Shown: positions 9,792 to 19,050 of the stretch, piece by piece
Layout: each line of letters opens with the position of its first letter
How positions within the stretch are numbered: position 1 is the first letter of the stretch
Source: Candidatus Latescibacterota bacterium
GTDB lineage: Bacteria; Latescibacterota; UBA2968; GCA-2709665
Direction: 5' to 3'
Length of the DNA stretch: 64,000 bases
Assembly: GCA_965237675.1 (NCBI GenBank)
Contig: OZ250150.1
Span: 160,001-224,000 of the forward strand
Position numbers and translations under genes: made by a program
The notes under the pieces: generated by a model
The model's database searches: none
What the model was told of the DNA's origin: nothing
Seen by the model: the letters and a program-made list of their open reading frames with translations, nothing else

Positions 9792-10832
9792 CTACCCGCT
9801 CAATACCTCTTGTTCACGGTCCATTCCCGTCAGGGGCAACTCGACCCATGCGGCGTTCCTGGCATGGGAGACGTGAAAGCCCACAATGGCTTCCAGCGTC
9901 TGCACGGCTTCCGATGCCGCGTACGGAAAACCGGCTCCACCGTCCAGCCAATCCACAATCTCGCCCACCGCCCGATCCATTGAAGAGGAACCCTGCGGAG
10001 CCGGCCAGGCATCCCGCCGCCCGTCCCAGAATTCCAGGGTCACGTCCCTGCCGTCAAGACCGGCGCAGCCCTCCGTCCCGTGGATCGAAATCCGCGGCGG
10101 CACCATCGCATCATCCGCGGCGTCTACCGTGCAGATCAGTCCGCACTCCAGGCGCAGCATGCCCCAGCCCCCGGGGTCGCGGAACTGTTCGCCTCGGCAA
10201 TCCGGCTTCCCGGCCGGATCCAGTGTTCCCGACACCGCCTCTACAGCCCGCCCCGTCAACATCTGGATCGTATCGATCATATGCGTACCTACGTTGCCCA
10301 GCCGCCCTGAGCCCCATTGCAGGGTTGCGGAGGTCAGCTCTCCCAATGCGCCGTCCGCCACGAGGTCGCGCAGACGCCTGGCGTTAGGCTGAAACCGCCG
10401 GTTGTGGTTCACGACGAGCAGGGTACCGGCGTCTTCACAGGCCTTCCGCATCCGCTCGGCGTCTGACACCCGGGTCGCGATGGGTTTCTCGCAATAGACG
10501 GCGCGCACACCCTGTCTCGCGCATGCGACCGTGATGTCGACATGAAAGGGCGCATAAGTCGCCACACTTACAATATCGAGTGTCTCCCCAGCCAGCATCT
10601 CACGCCAATCGGCGTAGGTCGGCGCGCCCGTGCGGGCCTGAAAACGCTCCCGGCGTCCCTCGTCCCGGCTGGACCCGGTGGAGATAACGACACGGGGATG
10701 CCCGCTCAACGCATCGGCATGGGTTCCGTCCAGATCGCTCACCGATTGTCCTACTGCGTCGCCGGATACCTGGTCTGCGCCGCCGATAAAGCCCAGGCCC
10801 ACAATTCCGGCACGGTAGGTTTTGCCAGTCAT
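9792..10832 (-). CDS. Gfo/Idh/MocA-family oxidoreductase
   Basis: AGIVGLGFIG, VYCEKPIA, NHNRRF, GTHMID. Confidence 0.92.
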   Translation of the reverse strand: MTGKTYRAGIVGLGFIGGADQVSGDAVGQSVSDLDGTHADALSGHPRVVISTGSSRDEGRRERFQARTGAPTYADWREMLAGETLDIVSVATYAPFHVDITVACARQGVRAVYCEKPIATRVSDAERMRKACEDAGTLLVVNHNRRFQPNARRLRDLVADGALGELTSATLQWGSGRLGNVGTHMIDTIQMLTGRAVEAVSGTLDPAGKPDCRGEQFRDPGGWGMLRLECGLICTVDAADDAMVPPRISIHGTEGCAGLDGRDVTLEFWDGRRDAWPAPQGSSSMDRAVGEIVDWLDGGAGFPYAASEAVQTLEAIVGFHVSHARNAAWVELPLTGMDREQEVLSG

Positions 10833-10947
10833 GAAATCTCCTCTTCCGGTTCAATTTTCGGCGATTCGACGTTCCGGTCCATCTCGCTTGTCGCAATATC
10901 CAGCTGGATGTCGATCGGTCGGTCGGGTTCCGCCGGCTCGGGATTCC

Positions 10948-11607
10948 TCATCCATCCAGTTCCACTGCCCGCCAGAGATACCAGCTTGCCACTGACCGGT
11001 ATGGACGCCACCGTTCGCCGTGTTGCAGCAGGCCCGCGGGCTCGGGCAACTCGCTCAACCCGTAGGTCAGCATAAACCCCTTTTTTACCCCCAGGTCTTT
11101 AACCGGCAGCACGTCGGCCCGGCCCAGATCGAATATCAACATCATCTGCACGGTCCATTCCCCCACCCCCCGGACGCGGGTGAAGCGCCGGATGATCTCG
11201 TCGTCGGGCATCCCATTCAACCGCCGCCCCGATGGAACCGCGCCCTCGAGGGTCTTTGCGGCAAGGTCTTTCACGGCCGCCACCTTGGCCCGGGACATCC
11301 CCGCACCGCGGAACGCTTCGTCGGGTACAGCCAATATCTGTTCCGGCTCAGGATGTGTCTCTTGAGGAAACAAAGCCAGAACGCGGCCGTAGATCGCCCC
11401 GGCTGCCTTTCCCGAAAGCTGCTGGTGGATAATCGAGCGCATCAACGCCCGAAACGGATGGTGCGGCGTCTGCGCTTCCAGCAGGCAGGGTCCGGCGCGT
11501 TCCATCAGACCTCCCAGCGCGGGGTCCACCCTTGAAAGCGCCGCAACCGCTTCTTCAGGATCGTAGGTCAATCCACCTTCGATTTCCGGCACTGCGTCGC
11601 GACTCAT
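10948..11607 (-). CDS. DNA-3-methyladenine glycosylase II (AlkA/HhH-GPD)
   Basis: SIIHQQLSGKAA, RGVGEWTVQM, DVLPVKDLG, WRPYRSVASWYLW. Confidence 0.92.
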   Translation of the reverse strand: MSRDAVPEIEGGLTYDPEEAVAALSRVDPALGGLMERAGPCLLEAQTPHHPFRALMRSIIHQQLSGKAAGAIYGRVLALFPQETHPEPEQILAVPDEAFRGAGMSRAKVAAVKDLAAKTLEGAVPSGRRLNGMPDDEIIRRFTRVRGVGEWTVQMMLIFDLGRADVLPVKDLGVKKGFMLTYGLSELPEPAGLLQHGERWRPYRSVASWYLWRAVELDG

Positions 11608-11648
11608 GAGATTATCTTTGGGCAATTGACGTCTCGTTTGGCCCGCCG

Positions 11649-12644
11649 TCAGCGCGCAAGTAGACGCGAGGCGCAACTCCCTTTGTGTTCTTTCCCGATT
11701 TCGCACCTCAACGTCGTGGCCAGAGCCACTGCGCCCAACAGGCCTGAATTGCCTTTCAGCCGTGCGGGAAGAATTTTCAGATGCGGCCGGTGCACGGGCA
11801 TCAGAAACCGATCCACCTGTTCGCGCAGCGGATCCAGCAGCACCCGGCCGGCCTTGGCCACGCTGCCGCCGACCACAATGGCTTCGGGCGCAAGCGCATT
11901 CATTGCAGCCGCCATTCCCATACCCAGGTATTGACACGTCTCATTCACCAGTTCCAGGGCGAGCCCGTCGCCCGTCCGCGCCGCGTCGAAAACCGCCCTG
12001 GCGGTAATCGGACCTCCCGCCGCCTTCCGGATGCCGTGGCCCTGTCGGGGCTTCCTGCGTACCGCCTCTTCCCCGCGGCGCCCGATGGCCGTGCCCGAAC
12101 AAATTGCTTCGAGACACCCCCGATTGCCGCAATCGCAAAGCGGCCCCTCGGGAAGGACCGGCACGTGTCCGAGTTCACCCGCGTTACCGTTCGCTCCGCG
12201 GTAAATCTCACGTTCGATTATAATCCCGGCGCCGATACCCGTTCCGATATTGTAGTAGATCAGGTGCCGGCAGCCCTTGCCCGCTCCGAACGTGAATTCG
12301 CCCAGCGCGCCCACGTTGGCATCGTTATCCACAATTGCCGGCACGCCAAGCGCCTTTTGAATCGTCTCCGGAATTGTCACGTTGTCCCACCCCGCCACGT
12401 GTGTGGAATTGACGATTCGCTGGGCCTCGAAATCCACTGGGCCGCCAAAGCTGATTCCGCACGCCGATACTTCTGTTGGGGAAGACGCAAGCAACCGGAG
12501 TCCCTCTTTGAGAATCCGCTCGATCATCCACTCGGCGCCCCCGGAGCGATCGGTGGAACGGGTCACCTGTTCCACAATCCGACCGTCGGATGTGCCCAGT
12601 GCCAGACTGAAGTTGGTGCCGCCGATATCGACCGCAAGAATCAT
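11649..12644 (-). CDS. ROK-family sugar kinase
   Basis: AVDIGGT, DNDANVGALGE, GELGH, CDCGNRGCLE. Confidence 0.93.
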   Translation of the reverse strand: MILAVDIGGTNFSLALGTSDGRIVEQVTRSTDRSGGAEWMIERILKEGLRLLASSPTEVSACGISFGGPVDFEAQRIVNSTHVAGWDNVTIPETIQKALGVPAIVDNDANVGALGEFTFGAGKGCRHLIYYNIGTGIGAGIIIEREIYRGANGNAGELGHVPVLPEGPLCDCGNRGCLEAICSGTAIGRRGEEAVRRKPRQGHGIRKAAGGPITARAVFDAARTGDGLALELVNETCQYLGMGMAAAMNALAPEAIVVGGSVAKAGRVLLDPLREQVDRFLMPVHRPHLKILPARLKGNSGLLGAVALATTLRCEIGKEHKGSCASRLLAR

Positions 12645-12654
12645 GGACGCCGCC

Positions 12655-13419
12655 TCAGTCCGCCAGGCCGCGGGCGCGAAGGTAGTCCAGCGACTGCTCG
12701 ACCCGTCGTTCCACGTCCCGCCGCGTCAGCGATTCGCCCCTGACCCCCTCCAGTTCCAGCGTGTAGGGCCCGTTGCGTCCCTCGCTGGCGAATATCCTAA
12801 AAATAGCGGGAAAATCCACAATCCCCTCACCAAGTGCGGGAAAATGCCAGGTCTGAAAGGCGCCGTTCGTTTCCTTCAGATGAACGGCGGCCACCGCGTG
12901 GGACACCCTTCGAAACTGCTCGACCGCATCCACGCCTTCGTTGTAATAGTGGACGTTGGCCGTATCGAAATTGATCCGGATATTGGGATGATTCACGTTG
13001 CGCATCGTCTCCAGCGCCACATCGGCATTCGTGACCAGGTCCGGATGCGTTTCCATGGCCACGACAATCCCGCGTTCGGCGGCGGCGTCACCGATGTCCT
13101 GCAATCTTCCGTAGACAAAATCCCGGTCTATACCTCCGGTCTTTACACTCGTGAACACCAGGGCTACCCCCATCTCAGCGACGGTATCCAGGGAGCGTGC
13201 AAATCGCTGGACCGCGTCGTCGGCGTGCATCTGACAGCGGATGATGAGACTTGATGGACGCAGTCCGAAACGGTTCAGTTCACGCTGCGCCGCACCCGCT
13301 TCCTCGGGCTCAGGGCATGGAATCTCCACGTTGGTCAGACCGATCCGGGAAAGATGCTCGTACGCCCCGTCTCGATACTGTCGATAGCTGTTCAGGTTGC
13401 ACGCAATCAGGTTTGACAT
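12655..13419 (-). CDS. Sugar phosphate isomerase/epimerase (xylose isomerase-like TIM barrel)
   Basis: AMETHP, NFDTAN, HLKE, GEGIVDF, LELE metal motifs. Confidence 0.88.
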   Translation of the reverse strand: MSNLIACNLNSYRQYRDGAYEHLSRIGLTNVEIPCPEPEEAGAAQRELNRFGLRPSSLIIRCQMHADDAVQRFARSLDTVAEMGVALVFTSVKTGGIDRDFVYGRLQDIGDAAAERGIVVAMETHPDLVTNADVALETMRNVNHPNIRINFDTANVHYYNEGVDAVEQFRRVSHAVAAVHLKETNGAFQTWHFPALGEGIVDFPAIFRIFASEGRNGPYTLELEGVRGESLTRRDVERRVEQSLDYLRARGLAD

Positions 13420-13429
13420 TGTTCCTCCT

Positions 13430-13574
13430 TAGCAGCCCGTTGAAAAAGTCCATCCGGTCTGCGTGCGTGTGACAGCACGCACAGGCAGGCGCCGATTCAT
13501 CCCGTCTCGCTGCGTTGCCAGCCGGGGGACTCGACGGCCGAATTTCGGCAATCTATTTCCAGGACAGAACACTA
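13430..13574. mobile_element. MITE-like element, copy 3 (different left end)
   Basis: Right end ATTTCCAGGACAGAACACTA and shared core; left end is TAGCAGCCCGTTGAAAAAGTC. Confidence 0.7.
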
Positions 13575-14828
13575 TCCATACCGTACCCACCGGATCATCT
13601 CCGAAAGGGTCGCCCGTTTGCCCCGCATTAAAATCCCGACCCGGTAGATCCGCGCGGCGGCCCACATCACTCCGGCAATGGTTGCGATCAGAATCAAAAC
13701 CGACGCCGCGATCTCAATCCACGGAGGCGTGTGGACGTTGACCCGCACAATCATGATCATGGGAGAAAAAAACGGAATCAGCGACATCACCACGGATGGG
13801 GTGGCGTTGGGCTGCCGGGTGATAAACGTCATTACAAGCAGCGAAAGGATCATTGGCACAATTACGAGGATTTGCAGGTGCTGTGCATCCTGTTCGGTGT
13901 CGCAAATAGCGCCGATAATTGCATAGAGTGTGGCGTACAGAAAATAACCCAGGACAAAATAGACACCGAAGTAAACCATCATGCCCGATTCGATCGCAAA
14001 CGGCAGGTTCGGCCCGTACGCCATCTCGCCGTATGCGGAGGCCAGCAGACCCACGCCGATCCAGACCGTGACCTGAACCAGGCTGGCGGCTCCAATGCCC
14101 AGAATCTTGCCGGCCATCATCTGCAACGGATCGACCGACGAAAGCATCACCTCCACCATGCGGGTGGACTTCTCCTCCAGGACGCCGCGCATGACCATGA
14201 TTCCATATACGATGGTTACCAGGTACAGCAACATGGCGAAAGCAAACGAAGAGAAATATTCCCGGGCAAAGCCGCTTTTCTTCTCCTTTCCCTTTACAAT
14301 TTTCACCGTCTTCATCTGCACCCGCCGGGTCCATTTTCTCACCGCTTCGGGGTCCAGCCCCCGCTCTGCCAGCCGGTGGGCAACCACGACATGCGTCAAC
14401 GCGCTCCGCAATCGCCCGACCTTGCGGATATCGCTCACATTCTTACCGTAAAATCCGGCCTCGCCCTTCTCAAAAACGTCTGGCGGCACCACCAGGTAGG
14501 CATCCAGCCTGTTGTCATTGATCTCATCAGTCAGTTGCCGCCGTGTGGTTTCCAGGTCAGGACCGGGCGACACTTCCTGCAGCAGATATTCCACCCGGCC
14601 ATCCTGAAGTCTTTCGTCAAGGCGCGACTCGAGTGGCCGGTACAGGATTCCGGTCTGGTCGACCACGGCCACACGCTTTTGTTTGTCGACGTCGACCTGC
14701 GCCAGAAAGACAGGAACCAGGATGCTCGCCACGACAAAAACCGGCACCAGAAACAGCCCGATCAGGAAACTCTTCTTGCGCACGATCTCGATAAATTCCC
14801 GCCGGACGATCGTCAGTGTCTTATTAAT
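13572..14828 (-). CDS. ABC-2 type permease (NatB/YhaP-like); start uncertain
   Basis: Frame open upstream as INKTLTIVRREFIEIVRKKSF; GVLEEKSTRMVEVMLSS, GKILG, IPFFSPMIM, RIYRVGIL. Confidence 0.9.
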   Translation of the reverse strand: MNKTLTIVRREFIEIVRKKSFLIGLFLVPVFVVASILVPVFLAQVDVDKQKRVAVVDQTGILYRPLESRLDERLQDGRVEYLLQEVSPGPDLETTRRQLTDEINDNRLDAYLVVPPDVFEKGEAGFYGKNVSDIRKVGRLRSALTHVVVAHRLAERGLDPEAVRKWTRRVQMKTVKIVKGKEKKSGFAREYFSSFAFAMLLYLVTIVYGIMVMRGVLEEKSTRMVEVMLSSVDPLQMMAGKILGIGAASLVQVTVWIGVGLLASAYGEMAYGPNLPFAIESGMMVYFGVYFVLGYFLYATLYAIIGAICDTEQDAQHLQILVIVPMILSLLVMTFITRQPNATPSVVMSLIPFFSPMIMIVRVNVHTPPWIEIAASVLILIATIAGVMWAAARIYRVGILMRGKRATLSEMIRWVRYG

Positions 14829-15738
14829 TTTGGCCGTCCCCGGTTTCTTCGCCGCGTACAGCCATCACGAAAATATCTCTTAGAGACGGCTCCGAGACTT
14901 CGAACCGGTGGATCCGAGCACCGGACAGTGCACTTCGAAGCAGGTCGCCAGGGTCGGCGCCGGTTTGGAGTTCGACCTCCACGTGATTCCCTCGATGCTC
15001 CACGCGCCGAACCAGCTTCGTATTCTTGAGAAAATCGTCACTCCCATGAAAAGCGATACGCAACCGGTTTTTTTTATACAGGGACTTCAATTCCGGTACG
15101 GTGCCTTCCAGTACCTTCTTTCCACGATTGATCAGACAGATCCGGTCGCAAAGCGCTTCCGCATCCTCCATCTGGTGGGTGGAGAAGATGAGGAGCTTTC
15201 CTTCACGCTTCAAGGTCTGCATAATTTCCTTCAGGACGGCCGCGTTGATCGGATCGAGCCCGCTGAAGGGCTCGTCGAGAATCAGCATGTCGGGTTCATG
15301 AAGTACAGTCGCGATGAATTGCAGCTTCTGTTGCATTCCCTTGGACAACTGGTCCACAGGTCGGTTCGACCATTCCGCCAGGCCCAACCGTTCCAGCCAT
15401 TTTTCCGCGCGGCCGGCCGCTTCTGTCCGGGAGAGCGACTTGATCTCCCCAAGAAATACCAGCAGATCCATGACACGCATTTTGGGATACAGCCCTCGCT
15501 CCTCCGGAAGATATCCCACCCTGTCCTTCGAGAGTCCCGTTCCGCCGTTGCCATAATCGATCTTACCCGAATCCGGCGCATAAATCCCCAGGATCGTACG
15601 AATCGTCGTGGTCTTGCCGGCGCCGTTAGGACCCAGCAAACCGAAAATCTCGCCGGCCGCGATATCGAGATCCAACCCATCCACCGCCCGGACGCCTTCG
15701 AAGGTTTTCGTGACCTGCTGGAGCACAATCCTGCGCAT
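14824..15738 (-). CDS. ABC transporter ATP-binding protein (NatA/YhaQ-like)
   Basis: GPNGAGKTT, LSKGMQQK, ILDEPFSGLDP, STH, C-terminal PSLRDIF. Confidence 0.95.
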   Translation of the reverse strand: MRRIVLQQVTKTFEGVRAVDGLDLDIAAGEIFGLLGPNGAGKTTTIRTILGIYAPDSGKIDYGNGGTGLSKDRVGYLPEERGLYPKMRVMDLLVFLGEIKSLSRTEAAGRAEKWLERLGLAEWSNRPVDQLSKGMQQKLQFIATVLHEPDMLILDEPFSGLDPINAAVLKEIMQTLKREGKLLIFSTHQMEDAEALCDRICLINRGKKVLEGTVPELKSLYKKNRLRIAFHGSDDFLKNTKLVRRVEHRGNHVEVELQTGADPGDLLRSALSGARIHRFEVSEPSLRDIFVMAVRGEETGDGQN

Positions 15739-15927
15739 ATGATTCTCCCGGACTGATCCGAAGAGTGGCGGAAAGCGCGGGCTATTATATGTTACCGAAT
15801 GCTGAGAACCCACACCTTGAACAGGCATAAAATACGAGCACGGGGAAGGGCGCGCAACAGGACTTTCCCGGCGGTTGAATGAAACCGGGGCGGCGCGAGA
15901 CGGTTGCATCGGTTGCCGGATATTACG

Positions 15928-15994
15928 AAAAAAGGCGCCGGCCGTACGGGGTACGATCGGCGTCTTTCGGGAGGGATGCAGCATGGTTGTATCC
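15928..15994 (-). ncRNA. Candidate small RNA or terminated leader (~67 nt)
   Basis: Follows a TGAAAC-N16-CGTCTAA promoter; 5' hairpin, CCCUCCC, then a long hairpin with U6 tail. Confidence 0.45.
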
Positions 15995-15996
15995 GC

Positions 15997-16025
15997 TTAG
16001 ACGCGCTCCGGGCGGGAAGGTTTCA
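15997..16025 (-). promoter_or_regulatory. ECF-sigma-type promoter TGAAAC-N16-CGTCTAA
   Basis: Matches the SigW/SigM-type consensus TGAAAC-N16-CGT. Confidence 0.6.
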
Positions 16026-16315
16026 GATTTTAACGAGTATAAATCAATTTGCTTATGCGGTCATAACCCTTTTTTGCCAGGCCTGCCTGTCGGGCATAGC
16101 GCCTCTCGGCCAACAGGCAAGCGGCGCAGGCAGGGATTCAGCGTTGTGGTACCACTCATCCACAACCTGCGGAAACAACATCAATGATGGGCTTGACACC
16201 CAAGCGTAAAACCGTCGGATAAACAGGGGTATCTACAATCTATCGAACGCCCGTGAAGTAAAATTGAATACAAATGCCGGTGCGACCTGCGGCTGGGGTT
16301 GCCGTATTGTTGGAT

Positions 16316-16344
16316 TTGACAATGTGTGAATTACAGTTTACAAT
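16316..16344 (+). promoter_or_regulatory. Sigma70 promoter of the TA operon with overlapping operator-like inverted repeat
   Basis: TTGACA-17-TACAAT; TGTGAA...TTTACA across the spacer and -10. Confidence 0.75.
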
Positions 16345-16350
16345 TGTATC

Positions 16351-16677
16351 GTTGAGATCAAGATCTATCAAAATCCCAATGGCATTGAGCCTTTTGCAGA
16401 ATGGCTTTCTCCTATCAAGGACAAAGTGACGGTTGCCAGAATCCGAAATCGTCTGAGGCGAATTGAAGAGACTGGGAATTTAGGTAATTATCGCTCAGTG
16501 GGTAATGGTGTCTTTGAATTTCGGCTTCAGTTTGGAGCAGGATACCGGGTCTATTTTGGCAGAATAGCAGACGATGCCATTTTGCTATTGCGAGGAGGTG
16601 AAAAAGGTTCGCAAAGTCGGGATATTGAAAAGGCAAAAGCAGACTGGAAAGAGCATAGTTCAAGGGAGCAAAAATGA
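16351..16677 (+). CDS. RelE/ParE-family addiction module toxin (HigB-like, toxin-first); start uncertain
   Basis: VEIKIYQNPNGIEPFAEWL...ARIRNRLRRIEETGNLGNYRSVGNGVFEFRLQFGAGYRVYF...GGEKGSQSRDIEKA. Confidence 0.88.
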   Translation, partial: VEIKIYQNPNGIEPFAEWLSPIKDKVTVARIRNRLRRIEETGNLGNYRSVGNGVFEFRLQFGAGYRVYFGRIADDAILLLRGGEKGSQSRDIEKAKADWKEHSSREQK

Positions 16678-16983
16678 GTGCCTACCGGAACTTCAGAGAC
16701 TATCATGATTGAGCAGCTACGCGATCCGGAGGACGCGAAGGTATATCTTTCCGTTGCGCTTGACGATTATGAGATAACCGGGGATATGGAAGCGTTCTTA
16801 CTGGCAGTTAGAGACGTTGCAGAGGCGCAGGGTGGAATGTCTAAGTTGGCCGAGCGGGTCAGCCTGACTCGTGAGGGACTTTACAAAGCCCTTTCCGAAA
16901 ATGGAAATCCGCAGCTCAACACGATGGGCGAAATTCTGCATGGATTGGGATTCAGGTTTTCGATAGAAGCGCGAGAAAACTGA
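16678..16983 (+). CDS. Addiction module antidote protein (HTH)
   Basis: FLLAVRDVAEAQGGMSKLAERVSLTREGLYKALSENGNP. Confidence 0.9.
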   Translation: MPTGTSETIMIEQLRDPEDAKVYLSVALDDYEITGDMEAFLLAVRDVAEAQGGMSKLAERVSLTREGLYKALSENGNPQLNTMGEILHGLGFRFSIEAREN

Positions 16984-17138
16984 GTGCAACTCCACATCGA
17001 AATCTTCGAACTTGCATTCAATGCGGCCACGCCGATGTGCCGCTTTTTCCTCCCGTTGGGAACGTCAAGCTAATGGAAGGAACCTGGCACGGCGCTTAGC
17101 TGGCATCGGCTCCGTGTGAATATTGGTTATAATTCCCG

Positions 17139-17175
17139 AAAAAGAAGGCACCCGCATTCGCAGGTGCCCTTTTTT
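17139..17175. terminator. Bidirectional intrinsic terminator downstream of tRNA-Leu
   Basis: aaaaagaaGGCACCcgc-attc-gcaGGTGCCcttttt. Confidence 0.75.
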
Positions 17176-17179
17176 GATC

Positions 17180-17266
17180 TGGTGCCGAAGGTGGGACTCG
17201 AACCCACACGGGCTTGCGCCCACTGGATTTTGAGTCCAGCGCGTCTACCAGTTCCACCACTTCGGC
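17180..17266 (-). tRNA. tRNA-Leu(CAA)
   Basis: GCCGAAGTGGTGGAACTGGTAGACGCGCTGGACTCAAAATCCAG, long variable arm, GGTTCGAGTCCCACCTTCGGCACCA. Confidence 0.97.
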
Positions 17267-17391
17267 GCCATTGAACTCAGGATCAACAAATATCCCCATA
17301 CCCGCCGAGCGTGTCAAGAGAAAACAGGCGCTTTATTCGCCGCCTTTGTTGACGGTAAAGAAAATGGCAGGCGGGACGGAAGTGCAGAGCG

Positions 17392-17988
17392 CTACCGCAT
17401 CCGATCCGCCACGGGCGGACCCAGAATCTCCTGGTAGATAATCGCCTTGCGGACCGTTTGCGGCTTGAAATCAAGATCGATCTTTCGTCGACGTGTTCCA
17501 CGGCGAGGATCCTGAGCCAAACGAAGGATTTCCGGCGAGGGGTCCCGGACCTTTTCGGCCGCGGATCCGGCCTCGGCGGCAGGTATCCCAAGGCGCGCCC
17601 TTTCTATTTCCGCACTGCCGACGCGCTCTTCGTCCGGCCGGACGATATCCACCTCCCGGAATTCCTCCCCTTTGTACGCTTCACTCACGGGGCGCGCGCC
17701 CCGTATCTCCCGAAACTCATCTCCCGTGTCCGCCTCGCTCACCCGGCGCGTACCCCTTACCTCCCGAAATTCGCCGCCCGGCTTCGGCTCCCAGAATACA
17801 TCCTCCTCCTCCGGAAAATCGACGTCCCCCTCAACGGTTACCGTGTCCCCGCCATGCCTGCCCGCCGGCGAAAAGCCCCGGTCCTCTTCATCGAGCTCCC
17901 GGCGGCGACGCGCTTCCATGACCTTATTGATCAGCGCAAAAATCACACTGATTACCACCAGCAGAATAATGGTGAGTTCGAAACCCAT
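17392..17988 (-). CDS. YqfB-like membrane-anchored protein with internal 18-aa repeats
   Basis: N-terminal TM helix; C-terminal VRKAIIYQEILGPP; third gene of the nfeD-floA operon. Confidence 0.7.
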   Translation of the reverse strand: MGFELTIILLVVISVIFALINKVMEARRRRELDEEDRGFSPAGRHGGDTVTVEGDVDFPEEEDVFWEPKPGGEFREVRGTRRVSEADTGDEFREIRGARPVSEAYKGEEFREVDIVRPDEERVGSAEIERARLGIPAAEAGSAAEKVRDPSPEILRLAQDPRRGTRRRKIDLDFKPQTVRKAIIYQEILGPPVADRMR

Positions 17989-17991
17989 GGC

Positions 17992-18990
17992 TTACGATTC
18001 TCCCTGGTCCTGTTCGGATTCAGAACTCTCCTGGGTGTCGGCGATTCCCTCGCGCATCGAGGTATCCGCCTGGATATTCTGCATCCGGTAATAATCCATC
18101 ACGCCCATATTGCCGCTGCGGAACGCCTCGGCCATCGCCAGTGGCACCTCGGCCTCGGCCTCCACCACCTTGGCCCGCATCTCCACCACCCGCGCACTCA
18201 TCTCCTGCTCGTGTGCGACGGCCATCGCACGCCGTTCTTCTGCCTTCGCCCGTGCGATCTTCAGATCGGCCTCCGCCTGGTCTGTCTGGAGTTTCGCGCC
18301 GATATTATCTCCCACATCGACGTCGGCGATATCAATGGAAAGGATCTCATACGCCGTACCCGAATCCAACCCTTTCCCCAACACTGTCTTTGAAATCAGA
18401 TCCGGATTTTCCAGCACGGCCTTGTGTGTTACCGAGGAACCGATTGTTGTCACGATCCCTTCGCCGACCCGCGCGACTATCGTCTCCTCACCGGCGCCGC
18501 CGACCAACCGATCAATGTTGGCGCGCACGGTGACCCTGGACGTTGCCTTGACCTGGATGCCATCTTTGGCCACGGCCGTGACCATCGGTGTGGAAATCAC
18601 TTTGGGATTGACGCTGACCTGTACGGCCTCGAGCACGTTACGGCCGGCAAGGTCGATGGCCGCGGCACGCTCAGTGGTAAGGTTGATCCCGGCTTTGTCC
18701 GCCGCGATCAGGGCAGTGATCACGTTCTCCACGTGCCCTCCCGACAGAAAATGCGCTTCCAGGAAGGAAGTCGGGATCGCCAGCCCGGCCTTGGTTGCGC
18801 TGATCTGAGCTCCCAGGATAAGTCGCGGGGAAACGCGGCGCAGGCGCATCCCCACAAGTTCGCCAATTCCGATCCGGACACGGGCCGCAAGGGCCGAGAT
18901 CCACAGCCCGAACGGAATAAAATAAATGAACAGAAACAGTGCGACGATTACTGCGACAACACCAAACAAAAGCGCAATTCCTTCGAACAT
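17992..18990 (-). CDS. floA: Flotillin-like protein FloA (YqfA)
   Basis: [63 protein letters not shown]. Confidence 0.95.
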   Translation of the reverse strand: MFEGIALLFGVVAVIVALFLFIYFIPFGLWISALAARVRIGIGELVGMRLRRVSPRLILGAQISATKAGLAIPTSFLEAHFLSGGHVENVITALIAADKAGINLTTERAAAIDLAGRNVLEAVQVSVNPKVISTPMVTAVAKDGIQVKATSRVTVRANIDRLVGGAGEETIVARVGEGIVTTIGSSVTHKAVLENPDLISKTVLGKGLDSGTAYEILSIDIADVDVGDNIGAKLQTDQAEADLKIARAKAEERRAMAVAHEQEMSARVVEMRAKVVEAEAEVPLAMAEAFRSGNMGVMDYYRMQNIQADTSMREGIADTQESSESEQDQGES

Positions 18991-19050
18991 ATCACGGCTC
19001 CTCTGCTAACTTCCGCCTAATGAACCGGACTCACTAAAATCGGGTGGTCC

